A stretch of 64,000 nt of DNA from Mobula hypostoma (lineage: Eukaryota): the NCBI RefSeq assembly GCF_963921235.1, contig NC_086097.1:201812001-201876000 (forward strand), read 5' to 3'. The position numbers and the translations under genes were made by a program. The notes under the pieces are model-generated. The model made no database searches. It saw only the letters and a program-made list of their open reading frames with translations, and had not been told where the DNA came from. Below are positions 40,791 through 50,713 of the stretch, in pieces (within the stretch, counting starts at the first letter, position 1; each line of letters opens with the position of its first letter).

Positions 40791-41361
40791 ATTGATAATG
40801 GCTGGGATCATTCATCTTGTAAAGATACTGCCCAGAAGACGGCAATGGCAAACCACTTCTGTAGAAATATTTGCCAAGAACATTCATGGTCATGAGACCA
40901 TGATCACCTATGTCATGGCATGCCACATAATTACAATGATGATGATGACCTCCTTCTACTTTCAAAGGAAAAAGGGGAAACATCTATCCACATGGCTCAA
41001 TATATCCCTCACTCTACTATTAAGTCAGTGGGTCAAGCCAGGAGGAGTGAAGAAGAGTGTGCTGAATACAATTACCAAGGAATAATGGATTTAATAAAAG
41101 AATAAATTTTGGAAACAACAGAAAAAATTTCTAGCTCTTTTTAAGATTAGTGCACAATTACTATGTATACCTTTAATGGTGAATGGCTACTTAATGGTAA
41201 AAGTTTCATCCGACTGCACATATATAAAAGATGTGATACCCACAAAACAGCTTTGCTACAGTAATTTCATTGTATGGGATTTTAAATCTTATATTAATTA
41301 AGAAATGTTGAGCAATTTAAGGGAATACCAATCTGAAGGCACCTTCAGTTATGGTATGATG

Positions 41362-42933
41362 TTGTTAAAATACATTAGGACGGATATGTCCCCGGGGCCT
41401 GACGGAATATTCTCCAGGCTGCTCCACGAGGCAAGGGAAGAGATTGCTGAGCATCTGGCTAGGATCTTTATGTCCTCCTTGTCCACGGGAATGGTACCGG
41501 AGGATTGGAGGGAGGCGAATGTTGTCTCCTTGTTCAAAAAAGGCAGTAGGGACAGTCCGAGTAATTATAGACCAGTGAGCCTTACGTCTGTGGTGGGAAA
41601 ATTGTCGGAAAAGATTCTTAGAGATAGGATCTATGGGCATTTAGAGAATCGTGGTCTGATCAGGGACAGTCAGCATGACTTTCTGAAGGGCAGATCGTGT
41701 CTAACAAGCCTGTTAGAGTTCTTTGAGGAGGTGACCAGGCATATAGATGAGGGTAGTGCAATGGATGTGATCTACATGGATTTTAGTAAGGCATTTGACA
41801 AGGTTCCACATGGTAGGCTTATTCAGAAAGTCAGAAGACATGGGATCCAGCAAAGTTCGGACAGGTGGATTCAGAATTGGCTTGCCTGCAGAAGGCAGAG
41901 GGTCGTGGTGGAGGGAGTACATTCAGATTGGAGGGATGTGACTAGTGGTGTCCCACAAGGATCTGTTCTGGGACCTCTACTCTTTGTGATTTTTATTAAC
42001 AACCTGGATGTGGGGGTAGAAGGGTGGGTTGGCAAGTTTTCAGACGACACAAAGGTTGGTGGTGTTGTAGATAACGCAGAGGATTGTCGAAGATTGCAGA
42101 GAGACATTGATAGGATGCAAAAGTGGGCTGAGAAGTGGCAGATGGAGTTCAACCCGGAGAAGTGTGAGGTGGTACACTTTGGAAGGACAAACTCCAAGGC
42201 AGAGTACAAAATAAATGGCACGATACTTGGTAGTGTGAAGGAGCAGAGGGATCTGGGGGTACATGTCAACAGATCACTGGAAGTTGCCTCACAGGTAGAT
42301 AGGGTAGTTAAGAAAGCTTATGGGGTGTTAGCTTCTATAAGTCAAGGGATAGAGTTTAAGAGTCGCGATGTAATGACGCAGCTCTATAAAACTCTAGTTA
42401 GGTCACACTTGGAGTACTGTGTCCAATTCTGGTCGCCTCACTATAGGAAGGATGTGGAAGCATTGGAAAGGGTACAGAGGAGATTTACCAGGATGCTGCC
42501 TGGTTTAGAGGGTATGCATTATGATCAGAGATTAAGGGAGCTAGGGTTTTACTCTTTGGAGAGAAGGAGGATGAGAGGAGACATGATAGAGGTGTACAAG
42601 ATATTAAGAGGAATAGATAGAGTGGATAGCCAGCGCCTCTTCCCCAGGGCACCACTGCTCAATACAAGAGGACATGGCTTTAAGATAAGGGGTGGGAAGT
42701 TCAAGGGGGATATTAGAGGAAGGTTTTTTACTCAGAGAGTGATTGGTGCGTTAAATGCACTGTCTGAGTCAGTGGTGGAGGCAGATACATTAGTTAAGTT
42801 TAAGAGACTACTAGACAGGTATATAGAGGAATTTAAGGTGGGGGAGGTTATATGGGAGGCAGGGTTTGAGGGTCGGCGCAACATTGTGGGCCGAAGGGCC
42901 TGTAATGTGCTGTACTATTCTATGTTCTATGTT
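41362..42933 (+). mobile_element. Young 5'-truncated CR1-like LINE with uninterrupted RT-to-C-terminus frame
   Basis: Part of ORF 41305-42999: [36 protein letters not shown]; (ttctatg)n tail. Confidence 0.93.
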
Positions 42934-43696
42934 CCAGAGGTTAGAAACAATGCAGATAAGAGACTCATCATCAGAGAAAAAAAGATCCTGATACAATGAG
43001 GTGATTTTATCCTTGCTCAGGAAAATCTAAAAATAACCTCTGGTAGGCCAGGATCAGAAACCACAGAAATTTCTTCATAATTGCCAACAGCTCCCTCAAA
43101 TCTTGCATTTGACCCAACCCCTGCTGCTTAGTTAGTGACTATGACTGTCAAGATAGATTATTTGAAACCATTGCACTTAGACCAGAAGATCACAACTGCC
43201 ACAAATTTATCTTCAATGTTTCATTCCTTTCCACTAATCGCATAATGATTTTTGATTCTTTAGGCTCCCAACTCATACCCTGTTCAATGGACTGTTCCTT
43301 ATTTGTTCTTGTGTGTGTGCACGCATGTGTACGCAACTGAAAACATAGCCAAGTCTGCCATTCATAATTGTGCACTTTTTTGTGGCCATAGATATTTATT
43401 CAGCTTATTTCTGCATTGATCCAGCAAGGAAGTTGAGTAAATATAATAGATCCAAAATTAACAAACAGAAGAAGAGCATTAAAAATTGAAGAAGCAGAAT
43501 TTGATGGTGAGCCTTTAAGGGTCTAATGCTATCCAAATATGCTTGTTAAGAAAATGATGATTTCAAGTCAGTTTGAACCACCCTAATAAGATCATTTTGA
43601 GCAGCATCAGTGGTCCACATCCTTGGACAACCAGTAATACCTAGCATGAAGCAGACGCAAACCTAGAAAAGGAGCCTTTATTTTGGGTTCTTTAAC

Positions 43697-43838
43697 ATTC
43701 AAGATTCAAGATTGTTTAATGCCATTTCTTGTATACAAGTGTAAGGGGAATAAAATAATTGTAATTCCAGATCCGATGCGGCACAAAATAATACAAAAGA
43801 TAAAGGGCACAATAATAATAATAATAATAATAATAATA
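43697..43838 (-). repeat. Non-LTR 3' tail ending in an (AAT)n tract (43811-43838); apparently continues at ~46525-46690
   Basis: ttcaagattcaagatt terminus; (aat)9 microsatellite. Confidence 0.55.
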
Positions 43839-43937
43839 AACACTTTGGCTCTACCCATACATATTCTTTTGGCATAGCATCTCTGGTCCAAAACTTCATA
43901 AAGAAAAAATAGAACTGAAATTAGATATTAGCTTCAT

Positions 43938-44690
43938 GGGAAAAGCCAGAGACTGGTAGTAGATGGTTGCCTCTCTGACTGGAGGCCTGTGACTTGTGGA
44001 GTGTCCTATGGATCATAATTCATTGAAAGTTGCGTCACAGGTTGATAGGGTCATAAAGAAAGCTTTGGCACTTTGGCCCTCATAAATCAAAGTACTGAGA
44101 TGAGATGTTATGTTGAAGTTGGATTAGGTGTTGCTTAAGCCTAATTTGGAGTACTGTGTGCAGTAATGGTCACCTACCTACAGGGAAGATGTAAATAAGG
44201 TTGAAAGAGTACAGAAAAAAATTACAAGAATGTTACTGGGTCTGGAAGACCTGAGTTATATGGAAAGATTGAACAGGTTAGGACTTTATTCCTTGGAATG
44301 TAGAAGATTCAGAGGAGATTTGATAGAGGTATATAAAATTATACCTCTAAAGGTAGAGATGGAGCAAATGCAAGCAGGCTTTTTCCACTGAGGTTGCGTG
44401 GGTCTACAACTAAAGGTCATAGGTTAAGAGTGAAAGGTGAAAATTTCGAGGGAAACATGAGGAGAAATTTCTTCACTCAGAGGGTCATGAGAGTGTGGAA
44501 TGAGCTGCTAGCACAAGTGGTGCATGCAAGCTTAATTACAATATTTAAGAGAGGTTGGGATAGGTACATGGATGGTTGGGGTATGGAGGACTATGGTCCC
44601 AGTGCAGGTCAATAGGAGTAGGCAGTTTTAAATGGCTTGGCACAAACTAGATGGGCCAAAGGACCTGTTTCTATGCTGTACTTTTCTTTG
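43938..44690 (+). mobile_element. CR1-like 3' fragment nested in the R4/Dong-like element
   Basis: GHRLRVKG...RRNFFTQRVMRVWNEL; CR1 3' UTR. Confidence 0.85.
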
Positions 44691-44994
44691 ATAATGAAAC
44701 TACAAATTTTAGAAAACAAGGAAAGCAGGATTCAGCACTCCACATGAGCATACGCAATTCTGATTAGAAGCACATAATACTAACCTTAAACGAAAGCACA
44801 ACACAGAAAATGAAGAAATTATCACTGTAGAAGAAAAGGTTAATCAATAAAAGAGAATGACCCTCCATGGAAGACATTCCCAGAATCTGGGCAGACTAGA
44901 TGTTGAATAGGAAGTGTCGAACGCCTGGCTCAGAGTTGGAGACCTCTTCTCAGAAACAGAGGGGTTCCTTGTGGCAATACAGGACCGGGTAGTT

Positions 44995-45017
44995 CACACA
45001 CACACACACACACACAC
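44995..45017. repeat. (CA)n microsatellite
   Basis: Direct reading. Confidence 0.9.
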
Positions 45018-45035
45018 AAATCAAAAATACAAAAT

Positions 45036-45843
45036 ACAACCTCTCACTCAATGTCAATAAGACAGAGGAACTGATTGTAGACTTCAGGAGAGGGAAACCA
45101 GAGGTCCATGAGCCAATACTCATCAGAGGATCAGAAGCAGATCCTGGGTGTCACTATCTCAGAGGACCTGTCCTGGGCCCATCATATGAATATAATTGCA
45201 AAGAAAGCACAACAGTGCCTCTATTTCCTCAGGAGTCTCTAGAGATTCAGCATGTCATCAAAAACCTTGGCAAATTTTTTTAGATGTGTGGTGGAACGAG
45301 TGTTAACTGGCTGCGTTATGGCCTGATATGTGAACACCAATGCCTTTCAGCGGAAAATCCTACAAAAAGGCAGTGGGCTACGTCACAGTAAAACCCTCCC
45401 AACCATTGAGCACATCTACATGAAACATTGCCTTAGAAAAGTGGCATCCAACATCAAAGATCCTCACCACCCAGGCCATGCTCTTTTCTCACTGCTGCCA
45501 TCAGATAGAAGGCACAAGTGCCCCGGGTCTTGCACCAACAGGTTCAAGAACAGTTACTACCTCTCAACCATCAGGCTCTTGAACAAAGGAGGATAACTAC
45601 ACTCATTCTATTTCTGGTGTTCCCACATCCGATGGTCTCACTTTAAGGACTCTTTACTTTGTATTTCATGCTGATTATTTATTGCTATTTACTTGTATTT
45701 GTACTTGCACAGTTTGTTGTTCATTGACCCTGTTCTGTTACTGTTCTATAGATTTGCTAAGAGTACCCACAAGAAAAAGAATCTCAGGGTTGTATGAGGT
45801 GACACGTACGTACTCTGATAATAAATTTTACTTTGAACTTTGA
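45036..45843 (+). mobile_element. Rex/Babar-like 3' fragment nested in the R4/Dong-like element
   Basis: IKDPHHPGHALFSLLPSDRR...RFKNSYYLSTIRLLN; (ctttgaa)n tail. Confidence 0.8.
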
Positions 45844-46874
45844 ATGAAAAAGAAACAACAAATTCAAGATGATAAATGCAGAAAATGCCAAAAGTAACCA
45901 GAAACAATCCAACACGTTACAGGATCCTACAGCAATTTAATTCAATCTGATTACTTACACAGGCACAATCAAGTGGTAAATATCATTCACCAAAATCTTG
46001 CTTTAAAGTACAAACTTATATAAAAAAAACCATACCTTACTATAAATACAAGCTTAATCCAGTTTTAGACTCAGAACTCAACAAATTATATTACAACTGA
46101 TCTGTTGTTACAGATAGGACAACTCATAATCATCATCCAGATATAATATTACAAGATAAACAAGCAAGAACAACTTACTTAATAGATATAGCCATCACAA
46201 ACACACATAACATACATGAATCAATAAGTGAAAAATACCAGAAATATGCTGAATAAAAAAGGAAACTGAAAGACTATAGAACATGTACAGGGTATACATT
46301 GTCCCAATAGTAATACCTACAACTGGAATTATCCCAAAGTCACTACACAATAGCATTAAACAATTAAGCCTATACAGCAATATTTAGGTAAATCTCCAGA
46401 AAGCCTCAATACTAAACACCACTAGAATAATCCAAAAGTTCCTGGCGATTGAGAAATGTGTGTACTTGGCTTTGCCTGTACCTCAGGTTTTACCAGATTG
46501 ATCTGAGAAAATATAAAAGTCTAATAATCATAAAACACACAGTAAATATAAATGCATAAGATAGCTTATATACATAGATTAATTGTATGTCCATAAAGTG
46601 ATGTGAGGCTACAGATAAAGTGACTGATGGGAAAAAATAAAGTAGTGGCGGAGTTAACAATGAAACCTTGACTTTCCTCACTCCCCAGCAGTGACAGTTA
46701 TAAACATCCCCCAATATCCACTTAGCTTAATTCAGGTCAACATTCCTGCATGCTTTGGTGACAGGACTGTCCTAACAGTTAAAAAATCTCAACCTAGTCC
46801 ACAAACCAAGAAGTGAGTATAATCTGGGATTTACAATAACCCGGAATGCTGCTCAACCTGAGAATTACAGCTGA

Positions 46875-47016
46875 ACAACACACACAAAATGCCGGAGGAA
46901 CTCAGCACGGCAGGCAGCACCTATGGAAAAAAGTACAGTCGATATTTCGGGCAGAGGCCCTTTGGCAGGGCTTATTTGCTTGGATTTCTAGCATCTATAG
47001 ATTTTCTCTTGTTTGT
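46875..47016. mobile_element. 142-bp PLE-tail-derived element with internal inversion and 12-bp TSD
   Basis: aattacagctga at 46863-46874 and 47017-47028; decayed hammerhead on - at 46937-46972. Confidence 0.85.
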
Positions 47017-48102
47017 AATTACAGCTGAGCATTCATTCTTCTTTACAATGGAATTAAAATGAGGACTAACAACAGATAAAATAGTGCAATCAGAAGAATT
47101 GTTACACAACTCCAAATTCACTTTGGAATCACCAGATTGAAATAATCATCAGATTTCAATTTAGGAACATGTCTGAATCTCTAATATTGTAGTTGTAGCA
47201 GCACATTATTTTTTGAAACCAAACTTCACAGTTTTCTGTTAAGCCTTTAGGGTTTTCCACTTCATACGGCATGATTTAAATCTATTTTAAGTTGTTGTTG
47301 AATTTTCCACAACTTGTTGGAGCTGACTTACATTAGAAATATGATATTTTACTTCACGCACTTGCAGAGAAGCACAAGGATCAATAGGAACCCTCAAGAA
47401 CTGCCGTCACTGAACCTTGGCTTCTGCAAAGCAACCCACTGACCTTTTCAGTAGCTTCAAATTTTTACGCAATTCTATTTTTTTTAATTCTCCTACAGTT
47501 ATTGATCTGGAAAGAGTAGAAAAAATCTTGACAAGCAATTTTGGGATCATGGAGATCCTGCTGCTTTTTAACACCCAGTCTATTAATCATGTCTTCCTGA
47601 CCTATGCACCAACATCTCCATATTTTTTTTTCATTACTATTTTGTACCCTGGGTACGAGCCCAGCTCTCTCCCTCTGAGAAATACTTTTAATTCTATTCA
47701 TGACCTTAGGATCACTTAAACAGATGACTTATATTATGAGGAATCAGAGGTGAATTGTGCTAGATCCTTTTAGTGCACCAGCTGTCAGAACAGCAGAGGT
47801 GCTATAGCACCATGATTTAGAGACAGTACTTAGCTAGCCAACCAAACATCTGGACTATAATTCAATTCCAGAAGCTGGGGAATTTAAATTCAGTTAATTA
47901 AATGTCTTTAATTGAAAAGCTAGCTTCAGTCATGGTAGCTCTGAAACTATTGATTGTCAAAGTTATACAAGATGGCACCGGAATGTGGAAACTCATTGTG
48001 AGCTGCTCTCTGCAAATCCATTTATTACTTCTATCATATTTGTTCTCTTCCTTTAAATCTAAACAATTTATCTCCAAGAATTACTAACAATGTTCTTTAA
48101 AA

Positions 48103-48237
48103 CCTGTAGAAGGGTCTGGGCCCGAAATGGTGACTGTTTATTCATTTCTATTGATGCTGCCTGACCTGCTGAGTTCCTCCAGCATTTTGTGTGTGTTGCT
48201 TTGGATTTCCAGCATCTGCAGACTTCCTTGTGTTTGT
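48103..48237 (+). mobile_element. PLE-tail-derived short element with TSD
   Basis: aatgttcttt at 48089-48098 and 48238-48247; begins with decayed hammerhead ctgtagaagggtctgggcccgaaatggtgact. Confidence 0.8.
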
Positions 48238-49465
48238 AATGTTCTTTTAAATCAGTTTACAGACCTGGCCACACTCCGGGAGCAACCAATGTACCAAAAT
48301 GATTCCCATAACCAGATCAGCAAGGACTAGGAAGGGCCTGTCCAGATGAAAGCTGACACAAGATAAAGAACTCATCCCACTAAGCCCATGCCATCAAGAC
48401 CTCACTCCTGGATCCTACTGGAGCACCTGGCACAGAGACCCGGTGCTGCAGACCTACCAAGGTGAAGACCCCACTAGCAGGATCACAACCCCGACCTACC
48501 CTGAGACCCAACCATCAGAAGGACAAGAGTCCAACTCTGAGGCTCAACTCATGGAAGCAGCAGGGGCCAAGCCCAAGTCCTGACCCGACCAAATACCCGA
48601 ATTACAGGGGCACTTCTAGATCAGAAGCCTGACCCTACAGAGCACCCAGCAATGAGTCCTGACTCCATGATTACCCCAGGTGACCCCAATTACATACTGA
48701 CTTTCAGACCTGTATGGGAACAACAACTTACAGGTGGATTGAGGAGCTAATTGCATTGAAGAATTTGCACAAAGGCAAACCAGGAAATTAAAACAGAAAC
48801 TAGTAAGTGTTTTACTGAAAACAAAATACAACTTAAGGAAAACAAGAGATTAAAGTAGCTGAAATATTAACAACCTTTAAAAAATAAAGGAAAAAGTATA
48901 TACTATTGATCTTGAAATTTAGAATTAATTATCTGAGAAAAGTATACTCTATGTAATTAAAATGAGTATTTTTCAGGCCAGAAAAATACCCCCCATTAGC
49001 ACCACATTAAAAATAAAATTCCCTATTAATCAACAAGGTATAGTACTTTCACGCCTTTTTTTAGTTTGACTAATCCATCAGTGCTCTAAGTTTTTATAAA
49101 TTCAGTGTTTTCAATCAAGTTATCTCCTCGAATGGTCAGGCTTGGCTTAGGTTTAAAAAGGTGCTTGTTGTTCCTCCTGCACACAGGCCTCACTGAATGC
49201 CAAGGACCTGGAGATCATAACTTCCATTTTCTGCTTCCTTTCCATTGATAATGTTGAAACTTGGTGCACTTCACATCTCCAAAGACACCACTGAACAGGA
49301 AGAACAGCAACAGAAATCCTTGGCCATATCCGTAGTAAGATTTTTTTTCCCCAAAGGTTCAATGCATGGATACTGCCATACACATTCACCAAATTATGCT
49401 GAAGTGATTTCACATAAATATAACAAATATTTCATATAAATATAATAACTTTATCTTCAAACTAT

Positions 49466-50078
49466 TGTAAGAGGTTCTTCTTTCATGCTACTTGCTAAGG
49501 CTAATAAAATGGCTTCTCTGTAATGTTAACAGCTGAGGTAAGGGGTTCTCTGTAGCAGCATGTTTGGGTTATAATTAGTGACAATGGGACGTATTCAATT
49601 GCTAACCAATTGGGACAGATGTTATTCTTTCTTGTGTATCTGAAAGCTGTTGTTTGCGCGGGATTTGGCCAGAACACACCATGGGGATGAAGAGAGAAGA
49701 CACACACGAAGAGATGCTGTGAGACAGCTAGCGGAGCAGACCACGAGTGGGGGCTCGGGACCCAGCGGAATTCGGAGGAGATCGAATGGTGGAAATTGGA
49801 TATTCCATGAGCTCCAACGAATTATTTGTGCATAGACTGAATAAAGATTTAGTGGTGCCTTTTTATTTTATATTTTGATTCTCTACTAACCCCATAGTTC
49901 AAGTAAGAGTTATAAAATCTAAATTATTTAACCGCATCCTGTGTAGGGCTTGTCATTACGGGGTATTGTTTTGAAATGGGGCACAATGCACAGTCTTCCC
50001 TCAAACGAGAGTTCTAAGGTTTGGCTGGGCAGGGGATATCACCCCTCGATCATACCGCTAGACTAAGCGAGGGTTACA
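49466..50078 (+). repeat. 5' LTR
   Basis: tgtaag...gggttaca; AATAAA at 49840; direct repeat of 52906-53527. Confidence 0.92.
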
Positions 50079-50081
50079 ATG

Positions 50082-50104
50082 TGAGAGCTCGTCCGTGGAT
50101 TTGA
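50082..50104 (+). promoter_or_regulatory. Primer-binding site, tRNA-Pro type (degenerate)
   Basis: tgagagctcgtccgtggatttga versus canonical TGGGGGCTCGTCCGGGAT(TTGA), 3 nt after the LTR. Confidence 0.75.
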
Positions 50105-50108
50105 TTCT

Positions 50109-50700
50109 GTGGAAGGCTGTATGATCGCCCTGTTTAAACCAGTGCTGGTGTGTCTCTGTGGGATTGCGTTTAGGAATGGGTTCTGTGGGGTGGATATTCA
50201 TACCCAGGAGGAATTGTTCATTCGATTTCGGAGTTTGGGTAAAGCTGAGGGCGAAGTTGAAAGCGTGGTGCAAAAGTCTGATAAAATGGCGGGATCAGTC
50301 TTTGTTCTAGGTCAGGCTAGCGCTGACGTCACGGTGGTGGGGCAGCCAGTGTCTATTGGTGAGGCAGGGCCATGGGCTGTCAATACTGTCAGGAGTGAGG
50401 GGAAAGAGTTGGCAGAACAGACATCTCAGTTGTTAGGTGAGTAGCAGTGCTCGGCTGAGGGAAAACGACAGGGATTGGTTGGCGGGCTGCTGACTTTGTT
50501 AGAACTGTCTGGTTTAATTACCCCATAGTAACAGCTGCCAGTTATCAGCAAGCGTGGGACAAGGCCTTTGGTTCGACTGGGAGCAAAATACAGCTAAATT
50601 GGTTGTGGTGCACGGGGGGGAGGAGGGTCAGTCAGGTGGCTGAGGTGGATCAGATAGCCCCTTCCTCATTTGTTCAGCTGATCAGAGAGGAGATTCAGTG
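50109..50700 (+). pseudogene. Fragmented gag (PNMA-like) remnant
   Basis: Lies between the PBS and pol. ORF 50109-50444 (...GVD...FVL...GPWAV) and later pieces (YQQAWDKAFGST) resemble fish Gypsy gag; motif recall only. Confidence 0.45.
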
Positions 50701-50713
50701 AGGGATCTGCCTG

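Larger units (their letters stand above)
38845..40947 (+). mobile_element. Short interspersed element with RTE/Bov-A-like tail, split by the PLE (pieces 38845-39056 and ~40789-40947)
   Basis: ggcaatggcaaaccacttctgtag resembles the RTE-BovB/Bov-A 3' motif; ends in (atg)n. Contiguity of the two halves is inferred. Confidence 0.5.
43836..46530 (+). mobile_element. R4/Dong-like non-LTR retrotransposon (RT thumb, CCHC knuckle, restriction-like endonuclease), 5'-truncated and interrupted by CR1 and Rex/Babar insertions
   Basis: Manual translation gives INTLALPI/TYSFGI (~43836-43875); TLHGRH...SNAWLRVGDLFSETEGFLVAIQDRVVHT (~44860-45000); DKCRKCQK*PETIQHVTGSY...YLHRHNQVVNIIHQNLALKY; DRTTHNHHPDIILQDKQARTTYLIDIA (~45870-46195). 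Confidence 0.8.

Noticed and set aside
41305..42999. 564-aa ORF as a host or domesticated gene
   Set aside because: It is a 5'-truncated CR1 ORF2 with chance in-frame flanking sequence at both ends.
49153..49413. Minus-strand ORF with MERK/EAENGS-like words and a good acceptor at ~49290, as a candidate upstream NOL4 exon
   Set aside because: The resemblance needs a frameshift, the rest does not match NOL4 and there is no good donor.
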